From contig JAHQJS010000004.1 in the NCBI GenBank assembly GCA_019057385.1, forward strand, positions 320,001 to 384,000: a stretch of DNA of 64,000 bases, written 5' to 3'. Made by a program: the position numbers and the translations under genes. Every line of letters begins with the position of its first letter. The first letter of the stretch is position 1. This document shows, one piece after another, positions 10,665 to 19,541 of this stretch. Below the pieces are notes generated by a model. The model saw nothing but the letters and a program-made list of their open reading frames with translations, was not told the DNA's origin and made no database searches. The DNA is from Candidatus Borrarchaeum weybense (lineage in GTDB: Archaea > Asgardarchaeota > Sifarchaeia > Borrarchaeales > Borrarchaeaceae).

Positions 10665-11060
10665 TCACTCTCTCCAGATACGGATAAACGATGGAGTTAC
10701 TATTAAGGTTTCACCACCGACAATGTGACCTATATCTCCGCCAACGAAGCGTAAAATGCCACGTATTTGCTCAATTGCTCTCATACATTCACGTGGTCTT
10801 TCATAAAGCCCCGTTAGGTGAACTATCAAAATATGTCCTCGTTTAAGCTCCTTTTCTATCCCTGAGATATCTTCCAAACAAGTAGGATGTATTGATTTAA
10901 CATAAATTTCAGTGTTTCCCATTAATTCTGTTATATTTTCTCCTTCCTGATCAAACATCTCAAATTTGTCTAAGTATTCACCGATGTCTTCGTCGAATGA
11001 AATTTCCTCGACTTCTTTTCCCCTAAAAAAATTTCTGAATATTGACGTAATAAATCTCAC
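10665..11060 (-). CDS. SepF-like cell division protein
   Basis: IYVKS..LEDI..ELKRGHILIV..GGDIG..LIVTP matches archaeal SepF/DUF552 pattern. Confidence 0.75.
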   Translation of the reverse strand: MRFITSIFRNFFRGKEVEEISFDEDIGEYLDKFEMFDQEGENITELMGNTEIYVKSIHPTCLEDISGIEKELKRGHILIVHLTGLYERPRECMRAIEQIRGILRFVGGDIGHIVGGETLIVTPSFIRIWRE

Positions 11061-11231
11061 CCCTTATTGTATTTCCATACGAAATTAGACTATTTTTTTA
11101 TCGAATCTCATTATTCTATAACAGAATTGTGACGGATTCTTTTATGAAAGATAATATTATACCCGTATCTCTCTAGATATTATTGTTCCCGCAAAAAAAA
11201 GTATTATGTCGGAAACAAATCGTTAAGTTAT

Positions 11232-11735
11232 TCAAATCCCAGCTAACTCAAAATATTTATCTTTTATGTAATGTAGATTTTTAATCGCTTTTCCATGAGT
11301 TGTATTTTTAATTTCATCACTGCTCATAAGCGCTATTCCTATTCCAATGGGCTTATTTTTAAATTCCTCATTAACAGTTATTACATCGCCTTCGGCAAAT
11401 TGATCACTTCTCGTTATTCCTGGAGCCATCATATCTGCCCCATTCAAAAACGCTTTGACGGCTCCTTGATCGACATAAACTGCTGGAAGCTCAATTTTCC
11501 TCTCATAAATCGAGAAAAGAGAAGGAATAAATTCGTCGCTAATTTTAAGCAGCTGTAAATTTTCGTCTACAAAGTATGCAGTTTCATTATTAGATATTTG
11601 TATTCTTTCAACTCGACTTTTTTTTGGGAAAAGTGTTGCCCCAAGATCTCCAAATCTCATTAACACCTCGTTTCTCAGTCGTTTAATGTCAGAGGATTTC
11701 ATGAAATGACGTTTCAATTTCAAAGTATCGACCAT
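11232..11735 (-). CDS. PUA-domain RNA-binding protein (DUF1947/MCT-1-like)
   Basis: VDQGAVKAFLNGADMMAPGI, GKAIKNLHY. Confidence 0.9.
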   Translation of the reverse strand: MVDTLKLKRHFMKSSDIKRLRNEVLMRFGDLGATLFPKKSRVERIQISNNETAYFVDENLQLLKISDEFIPSLFSIYERKIELPAVYVDQGAVKAFLNGADMMAPGITRSDQFAEGDVITVNEEFKNKPIGIGIALMSSDEIKNTTHGKAIKNLHYIKDKYFELAGI

Positions 11736-11922
11736 TCTTTTGTGTTTTTTATTCCATAGGGCTTATTGGATCAAATTCCTATTACTTCTGAAGTTTAAAA
11801 ATAGATTTAAAGATATCTTGTTTTTGAAATACTGGAATGAACAACCCAAGCAAAAAACAAAACTTTTTAAATATTCTATTACAACTTTTCCCTCCGTTAA
11901 ATTACTGAAGAGGTTGGATATA

Positions 11923-12153
11923 ATGTCAGCTGCAGATAAGCCAATAGAACTCTTACAACGATCTTTAAATGCAATCGTCCTGATAAAACTCAAAGGAGGA
12001 CGTGAAATTCGTGGAAAACTCCGTTCCTATGATCAACATATGAACCTTGTGCTAGAAGAGGCCGAGGAATTTAGGGCCGATGAGATAAAGGCTCTTGGAA
12101 AAATCATCGTTAGAGGCGATAATGTTATACTTATCTCACCACCTCCACGTTAA
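11923..12153 (+). CDS. Sm-like (LSm/SmAP1) protein
   Basis: GKLRSYDQHMNLVL, IIVRGDNVILISP; true start ATG at 11923; upstream of rpl37e as usual. Confidence 0.93.
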   Translation: MSAADKPIELLQRSLNAIVLIKLKGGREIRGKLRSYDQHMNLVLEEAEEFRADEIKALGKIIVRGDNVILISPPPR

Positions 12154-12200
12154 TTACTATGCTATAAGGCTAAACTAACTTAACTACCAAGGTGAATACA

Positions 12201-12386
12201 ATGGGTAAAGGAACTCCCTCACTTGGAAAGAAAAATAGAAAGGTTCACATAATGTGTAGAAGATGTGGTCGTCGTAGTTATCACGTTCGCAAAAAACAGT
12301 GCGCCGCATGTGGTTTCGGTCGATCGAAAAGAATTAGACGTTATTCATGGACAAATAAGAAGGTAAACAAAGTAAGAGTAGTTTAG
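12201..12386 (+). CDS. rpl37e: 50S ribosomal protein L37e
   Basis: [24 protein letters not shown]. Confidence 0.96.
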   Translation: MGKGTPSLGKKNRKVHIMCRRCGRRSYHVRKKQCAACGFGRSKRIRRYSWTNKKVNKVRVV

Positions 12387-12410
12387 CCTTTATTGTTATG
12401 TCAATTTTGT

Positions 12411-12548
12411 GGGCCGGTAGCTCAGCCTGGAAGATCGCCGCGTTGGCATCGCGGAGGAGCAGAATAGATGTTCTATTCTTCGCCGACCCGAGGGTTCAAA
12501 ATGAATTGGGATGACTTCCAATTCATGAAAATCCCTCCCGGTCCACCA
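12411..12548 (+). tRNA. tRNA-Ala(GGC) with two non-canonical introns (variable region and T-loop)
   Basis: GGGCCGG/CCGGTCC-ACCA acceptor; CCGCG-TTGGCAT-CGCGG anticodon arm; ~30-nt hairpin inserts after AGG and inside TTCAA|AT. Confidence 0.88.
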
Positions 12549-12583
12549 TTAATAAAAACACCCCTTGTGTAATTAATGTATAC

Positions 12584-12721
12584 GGGCGGGTGGTCTAGTT
12601 GGTTATGACGCCGCGTTGACGTCGCGGAGTATTCATACACTTGATGTATGGACCCGAAAGTCGTGAGTTCAAAGGAAAAAGGAGAGAATCTATCTTTCTG
12701 AAAATCTCACCCCGCCCACCA
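12584..12721 (+). tRNA. tRNA-Val(GAC) with two non-canonical introns (variable region and T-loop)
   Basis: GGGCGGG/CCCGCCC-ACCA; CCGCG-TTGACGT-CGCGG; GTGAG-TTCAA[insert]AT-CTCAC. Confidence 0.88.
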
Positions 12722-12872
12722 TCTTATCCTAACTGTTTTTGACGAATAATTCAGTAAATAAGAATTATTAATCGTTAGATGAATATAGATCACACTAAAA
12801 TCCACTAGATTTTTAAATAGTCGAAAAACAATAAGGGAAAATGGCAAATAAAATTTTAAGTGGTGATCTTTT

Positions 12873-13319
12873 ATGAAAATTGGCGATCTTGAATTTCCCG
12901 AAGATCTATATTATTATGCAGAACATCATATTTGGTTGAAACAAGAAGAAGAAGAAGATAAAGTTAAAGTTGGTATGGATGCCTTTGGACAGAAGATAGC
13001 AGGTAAGATCCTTTTTGTGAGACTCCGTCCCGCAGGCAAAGCTACAAAAGTTGGAAAAACATTTGGAACACTGGAGACGGGGAAATGGGTAGGACCTTTG
13101 AAGTCACCAGTCGCTGGAACTATCGCCGAAGCTAATCCCGCAGTTAAAGACAATCCTTCCTTAGTTAATGATGATCCTTACGGCGAAGGATGGCTTCTTG
13201 TCGTTGAGCCTTCAGCTTTAGATGCCGATCTTGCAGGTCTCATAAAAGGCTCAGACCAGGACGCGATTACAAAATGGATCGAAGAAGAACAGCAAAAATA
13301 TGCTGACAAATTGGAGTAA
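12873..13319 (+). CDS. gcvH: Glycine cleavage system H protein (lipoyl carrier)
   Basis: TLETGKWVGPLKSPVAG, NDDPYGEGW. Confidence 0.88.
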   Translation: MKIGDLEFPEDLYYYAEHHIWLKQEEEEDKVKVGMDAFGQKIAGKILFVRLRPAGKATKVGKTFGTLETGKWVGPLKSPVAGTIAEANPAVKDNPSLVNDDPYGEGWLLVVEPSALDADLAGLIKGSDQDAITKWIEEEQQKYADKLE

Positions 13320-13361
13320 AACGTATTTCTTTATTTCAATTTTCATTTCCACTTTTTTATA

Positions 13362-13814
13362 GTGGTGTTTGTAGTTATGTCACGAATCTATCCATGGAAG
13401 CATTATAGCCTTGTAGGTGTAGTAATCACTATATTTGGGCTTTCTCTAGTAGCTCAACTTCCAACTCTGTATCACGCTAGCCAAATTCTAGCAATTCAAA
13501 GCGCATCTATACTTATTTCAAGTCTTATTGGAGGCGGTCTAGCAGTTACTGGAGCAGCAATTCTGTTCACCGAAGGAATTGCCCGTAGAAGTAACCTTAG
13601 CGAAAGTCAAATACTTTATCCAACGTTAGGTGGATCTTTTATCTCCATCACAATCTATCTAGGAATCTATATGCTTTTTGCAGTGATTCTTTATATTCGC
13701 AAAATCCCGTACCTTTCCTTTGTTGATCCAGTTTTCCAGTTTTTGTTTTTAGTGATTGTTGCAGCTTTTGTGCTTCTACTTAGTGCGGCACTATTTGAAG
13801 AGAGAACCCGCTGA
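13362..13814 (+). CDS. Hypothetical membrane protein (~4 TM)
   Basis: Four hydrophobic segments; no recognisable motif. Confidence 0.6.
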   Translation: MVFVVMSRIYPWKHYSLVGVVITIFGLSLVAQLPTLYHASQILAIQSASILISSLIGGGLAVTGAAILFTEGIARRSNLSESQILYPTLGGSFISITIYLGIYMLFAVILYIRKIPYLSFVDPVFQFLFLVIVAAFVLLLSAALFEERTR

Positions 13815-13934
13815 GTCAACGATCTAATTTCATTATGATACAGGACTTTGTTAAGAAACTGAGTGTTAGGTGCAAAAATTTATATACGAAGCCAGACTTT
13901 TCTGTCTAAGTCGAAAAAGTAATGGACTAAACAG

Positions 13935-14037
13935 GCGGCTGTAGCTTAGACAGGGAGAATTAAATAATCCTTTAATTACCTATAGCGTCGGACTGAAGAT
14001 CCGATTGTCGCAGGTTCAAATCCTGCCAGCCGCACCA
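13935..14037 (+). tRNA. tRNA-Phe(GAA) with D-arm intron
   Basis: GCGGCTG/CAGCCGC-ACCA; TCGGA-CTGAAGA-TCCGA; ~26-nt AT-rich hairpin insert in the 3' D-arm. Confidence 0.9.
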
Positions 14038-14081
14038 TATTTCTTTTTAAAAATGCTTTGTGATACTTATCGCTTGAAATA

Positions 14082-14480
14082 TTATCCTCCTTGCATTTTT
14101 ACAAATAGTTTTCTATTACGTGGTCCATCGAATTCGCAGAAATATATTCCCTGCCAAACTCCTAGAGCAAGAGCACCATTTTCTATGATTACTGTACGAT
14201 CTGGACTAAAAAGTGATGACTTAATGTGAGCTGGAGAATTGCCTTCACTATGTTTATATGTGGCGTTAAATGGAACGATTTCATTTATGGATTCGATTAT
14301 ATCGCGAATAACATCCGGATCTGCATTTTCATTAATGGTAACGCCTGCCGTTGTATGTGGGACAAAAATAACACAAATGCCTTCTTGAATCCCTGATTTT
14401 CCAACCACTTTCTTGATCTGACTCGTGATATCAATTAGATCAACTTTTTTGTGGGTTTTAATTTCAAGTTTTTCTAACAT
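14082..14480 (-). CDS. yjbQ: YjbQ/UPF0047 family protein
   Basis: PHTTAGVTINENADP, HSEGNSPAHIKS, WQGIYFCEFDGPR. Confidence 0.93.
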   Translation of the reverse strand: MLEKLEIKTHKKVDLIDITSQIKKVVGKSGIQEGICVIFVPHTTAGVTINENADPDVIRDIIESINEIVPFNATYKHSEGNSPAHIKSSLFSPDRTVIIENGALALGVWQGIYFCEFDGPRNRKLFVKMQGG

Positions 14481-14534
14481 TTTTTATTCCTCCTTCTCTT
14501 AGAATAAAGTTATAACTAATTAATAAAAGGAGAT

Positions 14535-14671
14535 TGGTGCGGCCGCCGGGAACTCCCAATAGAAACGATATGTTCCTACTTTTTGAACCCGGGTTACTGA
14601 CTTGGAAGGCGTCCTCCGCATTTCCTCTTGAATATACGGCAGAGTCCTAAACCGCGCTAGACTACGGCCGC
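14535..14671 (-). tRNA. tRNA-Gly(TCC) with introns in the anticodon stem (~29/30) and T-loop
   Basis: GCGGCCG/CGGCCGC-ACCA; spliced arm CTG|GC-CTTCCAA-GTCAG; CCGGG-TTCAAA[insert]T-CCCGG. Confidence 0.85.
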
Positions 14672-14730
14672 GCATTAATTTATAAAGATATAAAATCCAA
14701 TTCTGTTCCAAGATATATACCGAACTAAAA

Positions 14731-14837
14731 TGGTGCGGCTGCCGGGAATCTCAAAATGGGTTATATACCTCAATTTTTTTGAACCCGGGTCATCGACGTG
14801 GCAGGCCGAAGTCTTAGCCAGGCTGGACTACAGCCGC
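14731..14837 (-). tRNA. tRNA-Gly(GCC) with T-loop intron
   Basis: GCGGCTG/CAGCCGC-ACCA; TCGGC-CTGCCAC-GTCGA; insert in T-loop. Confidence 0.88.
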
Positions 14838-15040
14838 ACAATGTAAACTATATTCTAAGGAATTGAAACGTTTAACTTTTATTCAATTCAATTCCTATAT
14901 AGAGAAAAAGCTGTTTAAAAATGTTATGACAAACTGAAAATGCGATTTCTACTCATAACACATTTCTAGCAAACGGTATTTTGAAAAAAGAACTACTTAA
15001 TTTAGCAAAATCATTCGAGATCAACGCATAATGATTCAAT

Positions 15041-15745
15041 CTAAAAATCATTATTAAAGTCTATTTTTGATGATATTTCGTAAGAATAGAGTACTCTTGA
15101 TATAGCAACATGAGCATCCAGTGATATTTTACTTATAGAAACTACTTCATCTGCAATCTCCAATGTTTTCTTTTCAAATTGACCATGTGGGAATCCACCT
15201 ACAATAATTGCCAGTGGTTTGATTTCAACTGCCTTTTTCATTAAATTGTTTAATTCAACCTCTTTGCCTGTTTTAGAGAATAAAATTGTATGTTTTGGCT
15301 TTATTTCATCATGAAGTTCTTTTAAAGTCATTTCATGAATAGTAAGTAAACTGGATCCTTTTGGAGGTACTTTCCCCATCATGAACAATTGACTCATTAA
15401 CCCCGAAAAGCGGACATAATTACGTGGGAGTCTTACATTGGGATCTACCTGGATAACAAGATCATTCAAAGTATGTATGAAGATTTTTATGTATCCTGAT
15501 TTACATAGCGGTGTGCCTAAAATTGATAGAAGTGAGATATGTACTATATCAGGGCGTCCTCTTTTCTCATATGCTTTTGGATTATCTATAAAAAACGAGT
15601 GAATAGATTTGTCAAAAACAATGGTTTCTGGGGATTTTTTCTGTTTTTTAGCATATCTTCGAAATTTTGCCAGATTTCTAAATTCGACGGGGATTGATTC
15701 CAGTGCGGATTCTGCTAAAATGAAGTATAAAATAGAGTCTTTCAT
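15041..15745 (-). CDS. nep1: Nep1/Emg1 rRNA pseudouridine N1-methyltransferase
   Basis: KRGRPDIVH, RLPRNYVRFSGLM, VGGFPHG. Confidence 0.93.
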   Translation of the reverse strand: MKDSILYFILAESALESIPVEFRNLAKFRRYAKKQKKSPETIVFDKSIHSFFIDNPKAYEKRGRPDIVHISLLSILGTPLCKSGYIKIFIHTLNDLVIQVDPNVRLPRNYVRFSGLMSQLFMMGKVPPKGSSLLTIHEMTLKELHDEIKPKHTILFSKTGKEVELNNLMKKAVEIKPLAIIVGGFPHGQFEKKTLEIADEVVSISKISLDAHVAISRVLYSYEISSKIDFNNDF

Positions 15746-15879
15746 TTTTTCTCCTTTAATAATGAAATATCTTTTAAATACAACTGGTTTTCGGTCTTCA
15801 TTGAAGCTTGACTACAAAAGGGAATAATTTTATAGATTTTCGTTCATATCACTTTTATCAAAGTTTTTGTGAGATCGTC

Positions 15880-16215
15880 ATGAAACGTCGTAGAAGAATA
15901 AATACTCGCTCCATAAAGAAAATTGCACGTGAAAGGATCGAACATCTTCTTGAATTAGCTAAGGCAGTATTTAGTACAGATAGTAATCTGGCACAAAGAT
16001 ATGTACAACTTGCCTTACGGATTGGTATGCGACATAAGGTCCGAATTCCACGATCTCAACGTTGGCAAATTTGTAAACATTGTCATTCATTATTAATTCC
16101 GGGTGTGACCTGTCACTCAAGATTACGTAACAAACGTGAACCACACATAGTTATAACATGCTATAAATGCAAAAATTACAGTAGATATCCCTATAAAGTG
16201 AAAAAACAACGTTAG
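15880..16215 (+). CDS. rnp4: Ribonuclease P protein Rpp21
   Basis: IARERIEHL, RYV, CKHC..PG..CYKC..RYP; start reassigned to ATG 15880. Confidence 0.92.
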   Translation: MKRRRRINTRSIKKIARERIEHLLELAKAVFSTDSNLAQRYVQLALRIGMRHKVRIPRSQRWQICKHCHSLLIPGVTCHSRLRNKREPHIVITCYKCKNYSRYPYKVKKQR

Positions 16216-16275
16216 TACTGCTTTCTCATGTAAAATTGAATCATTATTATGGGAGAAATATTTTAAACACTAGTA

Positions 16276-16998
16276 ATGGTATTAGGCTTCAATTACTCGA
16301 ATTATCCAGAGGGCTTTGATTTGAAGATTACAATTCTTATTCCTGCTTATAATGAAGCACATTCGATCAAAGAAGTAATTCGAAGAATAAAAGCCCTCAA
16401 TCTTGGTTATAAGTACGAAATTCTTGTTGTAGATGATGGATCAACTGATGAAACATCAGAAATCGTCAAAAAAATGAATAATGTAAGACTAATTACGCAT
16501 AAAATGAATAAAGGTAAAGGTACAGCATTAAAAACTGGTTTTAACGCCGCAAATGGGGATATAGTTGTTATCCAAGATGCAGATATGGAGTATTTACCGA
16601 AAGATATCCCGAGTTTAATTAAACCTTTGATTGAAGGTAAAGCCGATGTAGTTTATGGATCAAGATTCAAAGGAAAACTTTATGGTATGACTTTTTCTCA
16701 TGCTTTAGGCAACTTAGGACTGACTTTGGCAACATCTTTACTTTTTGGTACAAGGGTAACAGATATGATGACTGGATATAAGGTTTTTCGAAAATATGTA
16801 CTTGAAAACATCAATATACAGGCAGAACGATTTGAGGTTGAACCTGACATTACAGGAAGAATATTATTGAATAGATATCGATTAGTCGAATTGCCTATCG
16901 AATATCATAAACGGAAAAAAGGAAAAGCAAAAATCAGTAAACTTGATGGTGTACGGTCCCTGATTTGGTTGTTAAAAATTCGCTTTAGGCGTCATTGA
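16276..16998 (+). CDS. Family 2 glycosyltransferase (dolichol-phosphate mannosyltransferase-like)
   Basis: IPAYNE, VDDGSTD, NKGKG, QDADMEY, VYGSRF. Confidence 0.9.
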   Translation: MVLGFNYSNYPEGFDLKITILIPAYNEAHSIKEVIRRIKALNLGYKYEILVVDDGSTDETSEIVKKMNNVRLITHKMNKGKGTALKTGFNAANGDIVVIQDADMEYLPKDIPSLIKPLIEGKADVVYGSRFKGKLYGMTFSHALGNLGLTLATSLLFGTRVTDMMTGYKVFRKYVLENINIQAERFEVEPDITGRILLNRYRLVELPIEYHKRKKGKAKISKLDGVRSLIWLLKIRFRRH

Positions 16999-17018
16999 AT
17001 TAGATTGCATTGAGTTAA

Positions 17019-17945
17019 TCAAAGAAGCAATGTTAGAATTGCCTTTTGTGCATGTAATCTGTTTTCCGCTTGATCCCACACAACTGAATTAGGTCCATCA
17101 ATCACCTCGTCAGTAATTTCTTGACCGCGATGTGCTGGAAGGCAATGCATTACAATGACATTTATTAGTGCATTGTTTAGTAATTCTTGATTTACTTGAA
17201 ATGGTGGAAAAACTTCCATTCTTTCCTCTGCTTCAGCCTCTTGCCCCATTGAAATAAAGGTATCAGTATAGACAACATCTGCATCAAGAACTGCGTCTTG
17301 AGGATCGTGAACTATCTGAACTTCAGAATCAAATATTCTTGCGTTGTCTTTTGCTAAATCAATAACATCTTCTAATGGTTCATAGTTTTCCGGACAGCCC
17401 ACTGATATATTGATGCCTAGTTTTGAGCATCCTATAAGTAAAGAATTACAGACATTATTTCCATCTCCAACATAGCTTATCTTCAAATTCTCAAAATTTT
17501 TCCTCTTCTCCTTAATAGTCAAAAGGTCAGCCAATATTTGACAGGGATGGAATAAATCACTTAGACCGTTTATAACTGGGACTTGTGAGAAATCTGCAAG
17601 ATCTAATAAGTCTTCATGTGAGTAAACACGTGCCATAATTCCATCTACATATCGGGCTAGTGTACGCGCAGTATCAGGGATAGTTTCTCCTCTACCAAGT
17701 TGCAAATCTTTTGCGCCTAAAAATAGGGCATAACCTCCCAATTGGCGCATAGCCACTTCAAAGGATACACGAGTTCTAGTACTTGATTTTTCAAAAATCA
17801 TAGCTAATGTTTTTCCATTTAGTATCTCAGACGACTCTCCACGAAGATACATCTTCTTAAGATCGCTCGCAATATCCAACATATAATGAATTTCTTCAAA
17901 TGAAAAATCTTGCAATGTAAAGAAATCCTGTCCTCGAATATCCAT
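17019..17945 (-). CDS. argF: Ornithine carbamoyltransferase
   Basis: SSTRTRVSFE, HPCQ, SMG, HCLP, QAENRLH. Confidence 0.96.
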   Translation of the reverse strand: MDIRGQDFFTLQDFSFEEIHYMLDIASDLKKMYLRGESSEILNGKTLAMIFEKSSTRTRVSFEVAMRQLGGYALFLGAKDLQLGRGETIPDTARTLARYVDGIMARVYSHEDLLDLADFSQVPVINGLSDLFHPCQILADLLTIKEKRKNFENLKISYVGDGNNVCNSLLIGCSKLGINISVGCPENYEPLEDVIDLAKDNARIFDSEVQIVHDPQDAVLDADVVYTDTFISMGQEAEAEERMEVFPPFQVNQELLNNALINVIVMHCLPAHRGQEITDEVIDGPNSVVWDQAENRLHAQKAILTLLL

Positions 17946-18010
17946 AAGGTCCTCCTCCTTTTTCTAAATAGGAGTTAACTAACTTAATTTAAGATCTAAT
18001 AATAATTATA

Positions 18011-18940
18011 TTATATAGCACTTTCTGGTACGATCTTTTCAGCAAACTTTTTAGGATAAAATGCATCTAGATCTTTGTATTCTTGACCGATTCCAATAAA
18101 TACAATGGGCTTTTTCGTAACATGAGCAATAGAAATAGCAGCCCCTCCTTTTGCATCAGCATCAACTTTAGTCAGTATTGAAGCATCAATACCTACAGCC
18201 TCATTGAATTCGCGAGCTTGTTCGACGGCATCATTACCAGCAAGACTGTCTCCTACAAAGACTGTAATCACATTCGCGTCTTCGATTCGTTTAAGAACAC
18301 GAACGATCTTTTCCATCTCTCCCATAAGGTTCTTATTGGTTTGCATTCTCCCAGCAGTATCAATTAGAACAATATCTATGTTTTTTGCAATTGCATGACT
18401 AACAGCATCAAAGGCAACAGCAGCAGAATCCGAGCCATATTTGTGTTTGATTACTTTAACTCCAAGTTTGTTTGCATGAATTTCTATTTGCTCTATGCTT
18501 CCTGCACGGAAAGTATCCGATGCTGCAAGGACTACAGAAAAACCCTTTTTTTGGAATAGACTAGTAAGCTTGGCTAAAGTTGTTGTTTTTCCTGTACCAT
18601 TAACTCCTAAAAATACAATCGCTAAAGGTTGCCCCTGTTCTTTGCCTTTTTTTGCTAACTCAAAAAGATCTATACCCTCTACTTTAAGGATTTCTAGAAT
18701 TGTATTTCTTAAGGCACTATAGACGAATTTCTTTGTGCTCTTAAGACGACCTACCTTCTCACCAGTCAACTGTTGTTTCATAAGTTCTCCAATTTCAGCT
18801 GCCACGGAAAATGCAACGTCGTTTTGTATTAATATTATTTTCAAAGATTCAAGAACATCCTCTAACTGGTCTTCACTCAATGTCTTCGATGATATTTTTT
18901 CTGTAAAACCCTGAAGACCACTTCTTAGTTTTTCAAACAT
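18011..18940 (-). CDS. ftsY: SRP receptor FtsY (first 38 codons apparently supplied by the island)
   Basis: GVNGTGKTTT, DTFRAG, DTAGR, TKVDADAKGG, GIGQ; start MFEKL at 18940. Confidence 0.95.
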   Translation of the reverse strand: MFEKLRSGLQGFTEKISSKTLSEDQLEDVLESLKIILIQNDVAFSVAAEIGELMKQQLTGEKVGRLKSTKKFVYSALRNTILEILKVEGIDLFELAKKGKEQGQPLAIVFLGVNGTGKTTTLAKLTSLFQKKGFSVVLAASDTFRAGSIEQIEIHANKLGVKVIKHKYGSDSAAVAFDAVSHAIAKNIDIVLIDTAGRMQTNKNLMGEMEKIVRVLKRIEDANVITVFVGDSLAGNDAVEQAREFNEAVGIDASILTKVDADAKGGAAISIAHVTKKPIVFIGIGQEYKDLDAFYPKKFAEKIVPESAI

Positions 18941-19263
18941 AGATGTTTTCTCTCCGAGCATATGAAGCATTAAGGATTGATTGATTGCTTGACGCAAGTT
19001 TGTGACATATCAATCAGGTTTTTTAATATACGTTTTGATTCCGAATTTGAAAACTCAATTTTATCGAATAATTATTCAAAGAACATTTTAACACGCATTC
19101 ATCTCTTGTTGAATTATAAAAGATGTTATATCTGATGAGGATGTCTTACCTATTTTATAGTATTCTTGAGCAATAGTATGAATATATGTCGAATAGCTTT
19201 CTTTTATAAAAAATGTGAAAAATGCCCTTTTTCTCTTATATCAGATAATAATTAAGAATAACG

Positions 19264-19304
19264 AAAGGAGTGAGATGATCAGCACAAAACCGATCATCTC
19301 CTTT
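19264..19304 (-). terminator. Hairpin closing guide RNA 1 (terminator or 3' processing signal)
   Basis: AAAGGAG-TGAGATGATC ... GATCATCTC-CTTT inverted repeat just downstream of spacer 1 on the minus strand. Confidence 0.55.
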
Positions 19305-19310
19305 TGGATG

Positions 19311-19470
19311 ATTTCAGCTGCGACAGAAAGCGCGACATCGTTTTCGTGGGTATGACATTTTTCGTCCCTTGCGAGTCATCCGTCCCCTTCGATGAGGCGT
19401 CGGACCTCTCAGGTTCAGTCTCATGCACAAGAACGTGTCCCTCATGTTTTATGAGGAACATACCGCCTTG
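19311..19470 (-). ncRNA. Putative guide RNA 1: scaffold (19346-19436 core) plus 35-nt ftsY-matching spacer (19311-19345)
   Basis: Scaffold repeated at 20452-20546; spacer 28/35 identical to ftsY 18792-18826; own TATA box (TTTATATA, 19498-19505). Confidence 0.8.
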
Positions 19471-19541
19471 CAACTCATATATTCGCTTACAAAGACCTAT
19501 ATAAACACCACTCTTCATAACAAGGACTCCCAGTTCCATAC

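Noticed and set aside
19346-19436. Scaffold as a hammerhead ribozyme (CTGAGAGGTCC..GGACGAAA)
   Set aside because: The core is not CUGANGA in copy 1, and copy 2 has CTTAGAG and GATA, so the catalytic consensus is not met.
19294-19539. Short ORFs over the scaffold copies (19294-19539, 19304-19504, 20368-20580, 20376-20612)
   Set aside because: The two copies differ by 1- and 3-nt indels that break frame equivalence, and the changes sit in predicted loops; conservation is RNA-like, not coding.
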